Assembly (NCBI GenBank): GCA_965649265.1
Contig: CBFGKC010000001.1
Span: 45,119 to 109,118 of the forward strand
Reading direction: 5' to 3'
DNA from: a candidate division WOR-3 bacterium
Lineage (GTDB): Bacteria; Hydrothermota; Tepidihabitantia; B3-TA06
Length of the DNA stretch: 64,000 nucleotides
The notes below the pieces were generated by a model. The model saw nothing but the letters and a program-made list of their open reading frames with translations. It was not told the DNA's origin and did no database searches. Positions 29,551 to 38,747 of this stretch are shown one piece after another. The translations under genes were made by a program, and so were the position numbers. Position 1 is the stretch's first letter. Each line of letters opens with the position of its first letter.

Positions 29551-30852
29551 ATGAGTCGTCTTTTTTGGTTTTCGCTTTGTGTGATGTTTACGAGCATTAA
29601 AGCTGATGGATGGATTCGAACTTATGGTCAGGGGTATGGCGACGGAGGTTATGCTGTAACCTGCTCGAACGACGGAGGATTCGTAATCGGGGGGCAGCAG
29701 GATTCCACTGGTGAATATTGCAATCTCTGGCTTATAAAAGCTGATTCTATGGGCGACACCTTATGGACGAGGATTTTTGACAGCGGTGGTGAAGATAGAG
29801 CCAGTTGCGTAATACAAACCAAAGAAGGAGACTACGTTGTAACCGGACACCTCGGGGTTGAGCCTTGCTTGATAAGAGTAAAACCCTACGGCGATACCGC
29901 ATGGATACATACTTATGGTTACGGCGGAGCCAACTGGGTAGAGCAAACCTCAGACGGAGGGTTTATCTTGACGGGCAGGATTGAAGACGCTTACCTTTGG
30001 ATTTTGAAAACCGATAACAACGGTGATACGTTGTGGAGCAAGTGGTATCAGTGGGGTACTTTCTCTGAAAACGGCAATTGCATTCGACAGACATTCGACG
30101 GGGGCTATATAGTAGCAACGAACATGGGGTTGTTGAAAACGGATGACAAAGGTGACAGCGTATGGATGCAGCCCTGGATAAGCAAGTGTGTTGAGCAGAC
30201 AACGGATTCCGGCTACATTCTTGCAACACAACACAATGGAGATATATGGCTAATCAAGACTGACTGGAAGGGTGATACGCTCTGGACAAAGACGTATGGA
30301 GGTAAGAAAGGGGAAACCGCCTATGCTGTTCACCAAACTAAAGATGGCGGTTACATTATTATTGGTAATACTGAATCATTCATGGATACTATTTATTCTG
30401 ATGTTTGGCTTGTAAAAACCGATGTAAATGGCGATACTCTTTGGACAAGAGCGATTGGAGGCAGCCGTTTCGATGAAGTCTATTCAGGCCAACAGACGAT
30501 GGATGGAGGTTTTATAATGACTGGCTGGGGTGCTTCTTATGGAGGAGGTGTTCTTCTAATCAAAACCGACTCGCTTGGCTATGTGGGTGTTGAGGAACCA
30601 GTAACAAAACCTGCCCAAACTGCCTGGCAGGTGGTTTCAGCAATCGGCTCGACCGTAACCTTGAGATATACAAACCTGCCCAAGGGGTTCCACGCCCTTG
30701 TGTTCGACGCTTCGGGCCGAAGGGTTGACGAAATACAGGCTCAGGGAGAATCGGGAACAATCACCTGGGGTCAAGGGAAAAACCCAGGAGTATATTTCAT
30801 TAAGACTAATTCCCCAAATTCTTTGACTGAAAAGGTCGTGTTGCTAAAATAA
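29551..30852 (+). CDS. Secreted repeat (beta-propeller-like) protein with T9SS-type C-terminal domain
   Basis: Repeats of QTxDGGYI...WLxKTDxxGDTLW; C-terminal FDASGR...PGVYFI...KVVLLK. Confidence 0.8.
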   Translation: MSRLFWFSLCVMFTSIKADGWIRTYGQGYGDGGYAVTCSNDGGFVIGGQQDSTGEYCNLWLIKADSMGDTLWTRIFDSGGEDRASCVIQTKEGDYVVTGHLGVEPCLIRVKPYGDTAWIHTYGYGGANWVEQTSDGGFILTGRIEDAYLWILKTDNNGDTLWSKWYQWGTFSENGNCIRQTFDGGYIVATNMGLLKTDDKGDSVWMQPWISKCVEQTTDSGYILATQHNGDIWLIKTDWKGDTLWTKTYGGKKGETAYAVHQTKDGGYIIIGNTESFMDTIYSDVWLVKTDVNGDTLWTRAIGGSRFDEVYSGQQTMDGGFIMTGWGASYGGGVLLIKTDSLGYVGVEEPVTKPAQTAWQVVSAIGSTVTLRYTNLPKGFHALVFDASGRRVDEIQAQGESGTITWGQGKNPGVYFIKTNSPNSLTEKVVLLK

Positions 30853-31103
30853 TCTAAAACACCAAAACCTCTGCAAACCTCTTAATTCCTGATACAAAAA
30901 ATTTCCCTTAAGTATGCAGCACGACCAAAAAACTGTGCCAATTTTGTGCCAACTTCTTGTACGAATCGTTGGAAAATCTAGAAAATCTGTGCATCATAGA
31001 CAAGGCGTAGTTATCCTGCAAGTCCAATAAAACACGCTGGTTACAACTTATGTCGACTACTGTCTACACTTACGGGAAAAGCGCTAAAAACGGCCTGAAA
31101 GAA

Positions 31104-31142
31104 TTACGAAAGCGTTGCTCTACCACTGAGCTACGTCGGCAA
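31104..31142 (-). repeat. Right att site: duplicated 5' half of tRNA-Thr
   Basis: Identical to 17470-17508; preceded on the - strand by TTGACA (31177-31172)-16-TAAAAT. Confidence 0.9.
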
Positions 31143-31392
31143 GCGAGTGATTTTATGTGCCTGGGGGTAATTGTCAACCAGTCCTGGTTCTTCGACTTTG
31201 ACGTGCAATTCAGATTGGTTGCCTTGTCTTGATCTTCAGCAAGGTCGGGGTTCATTAGGAGATTGACTCTATGCAATTCAACTGTTACGACCTCGCGAAG
31301 GAGACTCCTGATGGAACGGGTTGCGATTTCAAGGGAAACGCGTGCCTGGATCAACCGAAAACGCAGCGATGAGCTGAGTTTCAAGCTTTCGT

Positions 31393-32118
31393 TCACTTGT
31401 TAAAGCTTACGAGCTCGGTCTCGGTCCGTGTGGTTGTTATTGTATGATAAGAGCCCATAGTAAAATCAGAAATGTGGATGCTCCAACCGTAAACATAACC
31501 CACATCCAAGGCCCAACATTCGTATCCCTCCGTTTTACTCGATGATTTACCAATCTGGTTTTGATTCTTGAAGATGACCTTGAGACAGTTGGAATAACCA
31601 TTAACGTTCATTTTTTCGGGAGCGTTTTTTCTTGTGCTGTCATAGGGATTGAAACCAGTCAGTAACACATTCTGTGGAACAGGAGCAACAAGACAAGAAT
31701 CCATGATAATCGTATCCACAATTGACCATCCTAAGGAATCGTATAACTTTTTACGAGCCAAGTACGAAGACTGCTCAGAAGGCTTGAGAGCGGCAAACAG
31801 ATAGTCGCCGTCCATTCGAAGGTGTAATTGACCAAACCCGCCAGGATTTTCAGTGTCATCTGAACTGTAAGTAACAAACACCGTCCAGTAATCGCGACCT
31901 TTAATCTGGATTTTCCCGGTTATCTTCGCGTTGAATTCCGCTGTCGTAACCGTCGTATCCACCGTTCCTTCTATGCAGTCTTTTTCATTCTCCGTTCTTG
32001 TTATCACGTACTTCCACTCCGCGCCTTAATTGAAGGGATAATATGTATCCTGAGCCTTGGTGTAGTCAAACGCCGCAAGACACAAGACAACCGCTGTTAC
32101 TGCAGGAAAACGACTCAT
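31393..32118 (-). pseudogene. Exported hypothetical protein interrupted by an in-frame TAA at 32026-32028
   Basis: GAGGAGG RBS and ATG 32118 give MSRFPAVTAVVLCLAAFDYTKAQDTYYPFN*GAEWKYVITR..., in frame with ORF 31393-32007; the stop splits a YYPxxxGxxWxY motif. Confidence 0.65.
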
Positions 32119-32324
32119 GACATCCTCCTCATACTGTCGACGTTAGTTTACTTTTCTCGTTGGGTAGTATAGCATGTATGTACTCGGTGTCAATGGGGAA
32201 AGTCAGCTTCTTGACATCTGCCGCGTGGGAGAGGCCTCGAGAGAGAATGAGACCCTCACGGCTAACGCCTCCGGCGTCAGACCTCAGGGTGACTGACTCA
32301 AGGAGGAGGGCGGGAGGAGGGCGG

Positions 32325-32361
32325 GGGGACCACGGAAAGTTACGAAGTAACTTCATGGCGT
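32325..32361 (+). repeat. Degenerate 37-bp hairpin repeat copy
   Basis: GGGGACCAC GGAAAGTTAC GAA GTAACTTCAT GGCGT. Confidence 0.55.
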
Positions 32362-32396
32362 ATCAACATGGTTCCCGGTAAAAACACAGAGCTTTT

Positions 32397-35381
32397 TTAC
32401 CGGCTTACAATTACCATCGGCCTTGTAACCCCCGCGCGTATCTGCGTGCGGCCGGAAAGGCTCGCATGCCGGCCCTGGCACCCGGCGAGAAACTTCGCAT
32501 AGTCATCGTTCATGTCGAAGCGTCCGAAGCCCTCGGTAAGGATGAGGGTGAAGGGTATTTGCTCGTCGCCAGTGAGCGCCACGCCCATCTCCTGTCCGTA
32601 GAAGCGCACCCAGTCGGCGTTCTCGACGGACGGCGCTACGATGCCTGCAACCTCTATCTCCGCCGCCTTTCGGAGGAACTCCTCGTCAATGGGCTGAGCG
32701 GTCACGACTATCTTTCCCTTGAGGCCGAAATCGATATCGGTGGATTTCGTCAAGACGGCGAGTTCGCCCCACGCCTCGCGACCGAACCCGAGGATGCCGT
32801 AGAGTATTGTCCCTTCGCCTGAGATATGGGCGCTGAAGGCGGGCCTTATATGGGATACGGTGCCGCCTACGAAGGATTTCAAGGATACGGGCTTGATGTC
32901 GTACTGTATGGTTACGGTTCCCTCTCTTGTGTCCATTTTTTTGAGCACGCCCGTTGACGGGGCTTTCACGAACGCAGCCTGTGAAAGATCCTGGGCTATC
33001 ACCTGATCCTTCTCCACGAAATCGCCCTCTCTTACCTTGAGATATCCGGAAACGTGCCTGGGCGCAATCCTGAGCGCCCTGGCGACTCCCACGACGTGCG
33101 GTTTCTCGTCGTAGTCCTGTATCTCCCGCATGATGATGAGCCCGCCCTTTTCGATGTGCGAGATTCGCGCGCGAAGGGGGGAGGAGATGAAATAGGGTAT
33201 CCCGAGCAGGTTGCCCTTCGTCGTCTTGAAGAGGTGGGTTCCCAGCTGCACCTGATCGCCGGCCTTCACGAGCATGCCTTCCTCGATTTCCTTTTCGTCG
33301 AGCGTGGTCTCATGGCCGAGGAAGCGGTAGATGTCTATTATGTAAAGCTTGGGTGGGCCGAAGCGGTTCTCACCTATGGCGGTATCGGGAGTTACGCTCT
33401 GGCCCTCGCGGACGAATATCTCGCCCTCGTAAGGAAGCCTGCGCTCGAAGGTGTAGGTGCCTGTGGCTATTTCGGATGCCCCCCTGCGCACATCCGTCTT
33501 AAAACCTTCCGCGGGGAAGAGATTCCAGATGCCGGATTTCGAAAGTGGGATATCGAGCATTCTTTCGCCCCTGCCCCTGCAGTCGAACAATACGGGCAGA
33601 GTCGTTTTTAGGGAGACTTGTTTGAGCCCGCCCGCCAGGCTCGCTTCCTTCGACAGGAGAATGGTGAGCTCGCCGTGATCGTTGAGATAGAGCGCTTGAC
33701 CTCCCTTGAGAGTGTGGCTCGTGCCTTTGTTGTCCTTGACGGTGAGAACCTCTCTTCTGGGGGATAAGTTGCCGAGGGGAGCGACAACGAACGCAAGATC
33801 CTCCAGGCATTGGCGGGAATAGAGGTCCAGCGCGAGCGCGGGGTCAAGGCGGGAGAGCGCGCCCATGTGGGGGCTCTTGAAGTTCTTATCGAGGGAAATT
33901 TTGGTGATGCCCGAGGGCTTGAAGCCTTCAACAAGAACCCAGAGCGCCTCTTCTTTTGATTTCGCATGCGACAGCACACCGCCCGCGCCTATTATCCTCT
34001 GGATATCCTTGGGCTGGAAGTAGGTGTCCTCCTGGATGAAGAAAAGCTCCTCGAACGCGTCCACGTCCTTGCGCAGCTTTCGCCTGTCGAGCCTGCCCAC
34101 GCGCGCTATCTTGAAGTTCATCTCCTTGTGCTGGTCCCACGCGATTGCGATGCCTTCCGCAGCCGCGGCTTGTTCGACTAATCTCTCGCAGTCGTGACGG
34201 GGGACGTAGGTCGGGTTAAGGGTCTTGTTGGCTATGTAGTCGCGCACCTCGTTCTCGGAGTATTCTTCAGGGAGGTGCCGGAGAATTTTGCCTATCCCGC
34301 TCTGGGCAAGGACGTTGGAAAGGGAGTAGCTGACGCCTATGTTAGCGGCCACCGTGCGGTGGTATGCCCCCATTATATTGGAGAAGATGTCGGTCGTCGC
34401 GCCGCCTATGTCGGCGGCGGCGATGTTCTCGCCGGTGCTCCGGCCGTAGAGACCAAGGATGCTTGCTACCCCGGCGGGCGTGGGAAGGATATCGGCCGCG
34501 ACCCAGCTCTTGAGCGCGGCATACCCGGGCGCGCGCTCCATTACGTTCTCCATGAACAGCTCGTGCACCTTGCGCTTTGCAGGCTCCGTGTTCATATCCT
34601 TCATGGAAGGCCTGATGTTGGCAACCGTGTGCACCTCGAAGTGCTCCTCGAGCACCCTCAGGACGAACCTCTGTGCGTCCACGTTACCGCAGAAAACGAG
34701 CGGTATGCGATCGGACGAGCGGAACTTCGGCTCTGGCTCTGCGAGCGACAAGAGCTCTGCCAGGTTTACGACGCCGGAGATTGCGCCGCCGTCTATACCG
34801 CCGGCCATGAGAACGAGGTCGGGGTGAAGCTCACGTATTAGCCGCATCTTTTCGACTACAGGTATGTGGTCGTCGATGGTCAGGGTCTTGAGAATGACTC
34901 CGCCCGCACCGTAGGCGGTCATCTGTGCCACGCGGCCCGTCTCGACCGCCGAAAGCCCGAACACCAGCATTCCCAGCCCGCCGCCCGCGGAGCTCGTCGT
35001 GATATAGGGGAAGGAGATACGACCGGCGCTATCGAGGAGTTTTATCCGGGACTTCTCCTCGAGCCCCTTCACGGCGTTGATGACTCCTATCTTCACGTCC
35101 TCGTATGGTTTCTCGACCGTTGTCGGCACCTCATGCTCGGCCGCGAGCGTGTAGGCGAGCATGGTTTCTGCCGGGGTCCCCACTGGAGCGCGAAGCGATC
35201 CTGCGGGGTGAACATCCGGGGTCCCCGAAGGAGTGCCCTGCAATCCTTTGGGGTGAATGTCCGGGGTCCCCGAAGGAACACGCGGCGATTCTTCAGGGTG
35301 TTTTTTTGAGAGGAGGAGAGCCTTGGTCGTCGTCGAGCCTATGTCGGTGATGATAATGTGATCGGCCTCGTTAATCTTCAT
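32397..35381 (-). CDS. Glutamate mutase L (GlmL-like actin-fold ATPase) fused to a C-terminal barrel-sandwich-hybrid-type domain
   Basis: TDIGSTTTKA, TSSAGGGL, AGGIDGG, PTP, DIGGATTDIFS and GAGGVLSHA motifs; C-terminal LTEGFG...GRTQIRAGVTRP; about 45 aa of repeat-derived insertion near the N-terminus. Confidence 0.75.
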   Translation of the reverse strand: MKINEADHIIITDIGSTTTKALLLSKKHPEESPRVPSGTPDIHPKGLQGTPSGTPDVHPAGSLRAPVGTPAETMLAYTLAAEHEVPTTVEKPYEDVKIGVINAVKGLEEKSRIKLLDSAGRISFPYITTSSAGGGLGMLVFGLSAVETGRVAQMTAYGAGGVILKTLTIDDHIPVVEKMRLIRELHPDLVLMAGGIDGGAISGVVNLAELLSLAEPEPKFRSSDRIPLVFCGNVDAQRFVLRVLEEHFEVHTVANIRPSMKDMNTEPAKRKVHELFMENVMERAPGYAALKSWVAADILPTPAGVASILGLYGRSTGENIAAADIGGATTDIFSNIMGAYHRTVAANIGVSYSLSNVLAQSGIGKILRHLPEEYSENEVRDYIANKTLNPTYVPRHDCERLVEQAAAAEGIAIAWDQHKEMNFKIARVGRLDRRKLRKDVDAFEELFFIQEDTYFQPKDIQRIIGAGGVLSHAKSKEEALWVLVEGFKPSGITKISLDKNFKSPHMGALSRLDPALALDLYSRQCLEDLAFVVAPLGNLSPRREVLTVKDNKGTSHTLKGGQALYLNDHGELTILLSKEASLAGGLKQVSLKTTLPVLFDCRGRGERMLDIPLSKSGIWNLFPAEGFKTDVRRGASEIATGTYTFERRLPYEGEIFVREGQSVTPDTAIGENRFGPPKLYIIDIYRFLGHETTLDEKEIEEGMLVKAGDQVQLGTHLFKTTKGNLLGIPYFISSPLRARISHIEKGGLIIMREIQDYDEKPHVVGVARALRIAPRHVSGYLKVREGDFVEKDQVIAQDLSQAAFVKAPSTGVLKKMDTREGTVTIQYDIKPVSLKSFVGGTVSHIRPAFSAHISGEGTILYGILGFGREAWGELAVLTKSTDIDFGLKGKIVVTAQPIDEEFLRKAAEIEVAGIVAPSVENADWVRFYGQEMGVALTGDEQIPFTLILTEGFGRFDMNDDYAKFLAGCQGRHASLSGRTQIRAGVTRPMVIVSR
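35173..35299 (+). repeat. Three tandem 37-bp hairpin repeats (45-bp period) in frame inside the GlmL gene
   Basis: Copies at 35173-35209, 35218-35254 and 35263-35299; each encodes an HP...GTP peptide. Confidence 0.85.
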
Positions 35382-35743
35382 ACACCACTCCTTTGATTTC
35401 AAAAAAGACTTTCTTTTGCTGCTTGCGATAAAAACTGCTCACATGATACCTCTTAGCGTAAACTATAGGCTGGTGGAGGCGCTCGTCAAGGGGTTTTTCC
35501 CCAACTTACATATAGACGTAATTTCTGCCGTAATATTTCTTTATTTATTCTTTAATGTAAAATAAGGATTATTTTAGGCTTTCTTTATTAATCATAAAAA
35601 ACTGCACTTATGCGGAGATCCCCTTCCTTTGACTGCTGGGCCGGCGTACACTCTGGAAGATCGCCTGCTGATCGTGAGCGCTCGACCTCCTGGGAGCCCC
35701 CTCGCCCTTTGGGTAAGAGAAAGGTGAGGGTGTAATGGGGGAG

Positions 35744-35872
35744 GTGTGTTACTGAGGAGATGTGTTACGGGGGTGGTGTGTTACGGGGGGAGGGTGTGTT
35801 ACGGGAAGGAGGGTGTCACGGGTGTGTGTGTTACGGGTGTTATTTCCTTAGAACAAAGCTGCATATGAGAAC
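35744..35872 (-). repeat. CCCGTAACAC repeat array (inverted relative to the 53.3-kb array)
   Basis: Multiple GTGTTACGGG on the + strand, plus a TCTAAGGAAATAACAC flank shared with 53395-53410. Confidence 0.75.
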
Positions 35873-35958
35873 CCCCCGGAGGGGGGCGGGTTTTACGGGG
35901 CGCTTGACACTTCGAAGAAAGCGGCTATGCTTGGCAGGATAACAGACTGGAGGTTCAC

Positions 35959-37578
35959 GTGAAGCGAGTGATTGTTACAAGCCTTTTCCTGTTCTTTTCG
36001 ATCTATGCAAAGTGGCAGAACCCAACGCCTATCTACGTAGGGCCGGGTGACCAGACGATAGATATGGTAATATCTGACGGCGCGGGCGGCGCTGCGGTGC
36101 TGTGGCATGACGGTCAGACCGGCTGGGAGTTCATGAACGTGATAGACTCTGCAGGCAACCTCAAGTGGGGTAAGCAGGGTGTGGCCGTGCTCGTGATGGG
36201 CGATACCACGACAGCTAACCCGGACATGTTCCTTGATTCCCTTGGCAGCTACTGGGTTGCGCTTGAGGCTGCAGCTGATATCCACGTACAGAAGATATCG
36301 CCAACGGGCCAGCGGCTATTCGGGGACAGAGGGGTGGCCGTTTGCACGGCGGAAGGAACTCAAACCTTTGCTAAGCTCTGTTATTCCGGAGAAGGGGCTA
36401 TTGTTGTATGGATGGATGAACGTGATGCATTGGACTATCGTAATTATTCACAACGTGTCAGTAGTGAAGGTATAACATTATGGGAAAACGATGGAATGCC
36501 GATTTCTGATTCTCCCTATGGATGGTTTGCTAACTGTGTTTCAGATGGAGTTAATGGGGCTTTTTATATCTTTAGACAATGGATTGATTCTCAAAATCAT
36601 ATTGCCCTCCAAAGATTAGATTCTCTCGGCTCAAGAATGTGGGGTGATTCTGGAATCTATTATGGGGTAGGAAAAATCTGGACGGAATCTGGCTTCCTTT
36701 GTGGTCATATGAATGAAGTTGAAGATAGTGGTTTTATTTTCTTTTATGAATCAGGCGGGTACTACAGAACTAACCGCGTTAATAGTTTCGGAATCATGCA
36801 ATGGGATACTTCAGAGGTTATTCTAGGAAATGATAACGACCACTACTTCGGCAACGTTTCACGACTTCCTTCCGGTGATTGGTATATAGTGAGGGGATCG
36901 GGAATAGCACTTCCTTTTGAAGGCGTTTATGCTCATATCGTGACACTTGATGGAGAAACCCCTTTAGACGATACAGGTAGAAGTGTTTGGAATAAATGGG
37001 CATATAATCCCCGCAGTTATATTATTCCAGACGTAACTGAAGAAGGCATTATCGCATGGAGGGATATCTATGACGAAGGAGAACCTTCTGGTGACAAGTA
37101 TATTGAACAGGGTATTATGGCTCAACGCATTGATAACTCAGGAAATATCCTTTGGCCTGAAGAAGTCCACGTTGCAGGTATTCAAGGACTTTCCCCTCAA
37201 GTTGTTGGAACTTTTGATAAGGCTGGAGTCATTGCCTGGAATGACAACCGTAACGGCAACCTTGACGTTTATACTACAAGGATAGATTCATCAGGTAAAT
37301 TGCCTCCTGGAATCGAAGAACAACCTGTTCTTCAATCTCCTGCGGAGCTTGAAACCCCATCAAACATTGCTTCTGGCAATGTCCTGCTTAGGTATTTCCT
37401 GAACCCAAGCGAGCGTGGCAGCCTCAAGCTCTTCGACGCGTCTGGCAGGATGGTTGAGAGCGTTTCAGTTCAAGGGCAAGGCGAGGTGAAGTTCGCGGCA
37501 TTTTCGGCAGGCGTCTACTTTGTTCGGCTCCAGGCGGGAGGTGGCGGGATCACGAAAAAGATCGTCGTGGTAAGATAA
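35959..37578 (+). CDS. Secreted repeat protein with T9SS-type C-terminal domain
   Basis: Signal peptide; SDGxGGA and QRxDxxGxxxW repeats; C-terminal LFDASGR...AGVYFVRL...KKIVVVR. Confidence 0.8.
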   Translation: MKRVIVTSLFLFFSIYAKWQNPTPIYVGPGDQTIDMVISDGAGGAAVLWHDGQTGWEFMNVIDSAGNLKWGKQGVAVLVMGDTTTANPDMFLDSLGSYWVALEAAADIHVQKISPTGQRLFGDRGVAVCTAEGTQTFAKLCYSGEGAIVVWMDERDALDYRNYSQRVSSEGITLWENDGMPISDSPYGWFANCVSDGVNGAFYIFRQWIDSQNHIALQRLDSLGSRMWGDSGIYYGVGKIWTESGFLCGHMNEVEDSGFIFFYESGGYYRTNRVNSFGIMQWDTSEVILGNDNDHYFGNVSRLPSGDWYIVRGSGIALPFEGVYAHIVTLDGETPLDDTGRSVWNKWAYNPRSYIIPDVTEEGIIAWRDIYDEGEPSGDKYIEQGIMAQRIDNSGNILWPEEVHVAGIQGLSPQVVGTFDKAGVIAWNDNRNGNLDVYTTRIDSSGKLPPGIEEQPVLQSPAELETPSNIASGNVLLRYFLNPSERGSLKLFDASGRMVESVSVQGQGEVKFAAFSAGVYFVRLQAGGGGITKKIVVVR

Positions 37579-37583
37579 TCACC

Positions 37584-38548
37584 GTCATCTGCGAGCTAGC
37601 CGCTGGGGGCGGCATGGGCGGAAGCTTTGCTTCCGCAGTCAAGCGACTGTGGCGATCTCATGGCACAAAGCTCGAAACACATAGGATACTCCCTCAATAA
37701 ATGCGCTTGCCCCGGGGTCCCCAAGGAGGCGCAGAGCGACTTCTTGGGGTGGACACCCCCCTAACACTTACAACGTCATCCTGAGGGAGCGTAGCGCCCG
37801 TGAGGATCGCCTGGTTGATCCTGTATCTCATTACGAGAGGTCTCACCTTGCCCCCAACCCCTTCCCGTCAAGGGAAGGGGTTGCGTTCCCCTCACCCCAC
37901 CCTCTCCCGAAGGGAGAGGGTAAGCTAAGAAACCTCCCGCCCTCGGTGGGATGGATTGAGTTCGTAGGGGCCGACCTTCAGCGTGCCCCTTGGGATAAGC
38001 TTTATCCCATAGGGTATCAGGTCGGCCCGGGGCATTTCGACCGGCATCTTAAGGAGCATTTTCGTCAAGACGAAAATAGATGGCTCCCTGCGTTCGCCCT
38101 TTGGAGGCTTCGCACCGCCTGAAACGGCCACCTTCTCAAGTCGAGGGAATTAATCGAAGATCCCTGCGCCAAAGGTCTTCGAGGCCGTACACCTCACCTT
38201 CATAAGAGTGCCCCGTAACACACACCTTGTCATCTGCAAGCTAGCCGCCGGGGGCGGCATGGGCGGAAGCTTTGCTTCCGCAGTCAAGCGACTGTGGCGA
38301 TCTCCTGGCACAAAGTCAAAACTCACTGGATACATTTATAGATCAATGCGATTGCTTCGCCGGCTCTGCGCCGTCTCGCAATGACGTTGGTTTTTGTATA
38401 ATGAAAAGGGTTGTCTTTGCGAGTGTCGCTGTGAGCGACCGAAGCAATCTATTCCCGGAGGGAATGTACCTTATAAGATCTTACCGGCAACTCAAAGCTC
38501 CCTCTTCTCGGGGCCCCCAAAGAACTGCTTCTAGCAGTCCTTTGGGGC
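37584..38548. repeat. Intergenic cluster of several REP-like palindrome families, including an 87-bp direct repeat
   Basis: 87-bp near-identical copies at 37584-37670 and 38229-38315; hairpin repeats at 37714-37750 and 38510-38548; CCCTCTCCC..GGGAGAGGG near 37890-37920; GTAGGGGCCGACC near 37964; GATTGCTTCG..CTCGCAATGAC near 38350. Confidence 0.75.
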
Positions 38549-38747
38549 AGAAAAAAAACCCCGAAAGGCCCAAAAATCGTCCGTTCAGGTTTTTGACTTC
38601 TAATTCACGGTCTTACTTAAGTTATATGCGATTTACCCCTCTTTTTGGCCGTTTTTTTGTCCCACTTTTTTTCCCGGTTTTTCACCCCGGTACAGCCGGA
38701 CTCCCCGGAAAATCAGTGTTCTAAGTTGTTTGTGGAAGGTAAGTTGC

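Larger units (their letters stand above)
17470..31142. mobile_element. Integrative element (~13.6 kb) inserted in tRNA-Thr(CGT)
   Basis: 39-bp direct repeat TTACGAAAGCGTTGCTCTACCACTGAGCTACGTCGGCAA at 17470-17508 and 31104-31142; integrase next to the left repeat; lower GC cargo. Confidence 0.92.

Noticed and set aside
32026-32028. Recoded stop (selenocysteine or pyrrolysine)
   Set aside because: The codon is TAA, not TGA or TAG, and other genes in the window use TAA as a normal stop.
35218-35258. Resemblance of GGGGTCCCC...TTGGGGTGAAT to the c-di-AMP (ydaO) riboswitch core
   Set aside because: The other conserved riboswitch segments are missing; the copy is antisense inside a CDS and is explained by the dispersed repeat family.
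35173-35299. 45-bp periodic repeats as a CRISPR array
   Set aside because: Only three units; the variable parts are self-complementary 23-mers rather than spacers; they lie in frame in a CDS; no cas genes in the window.
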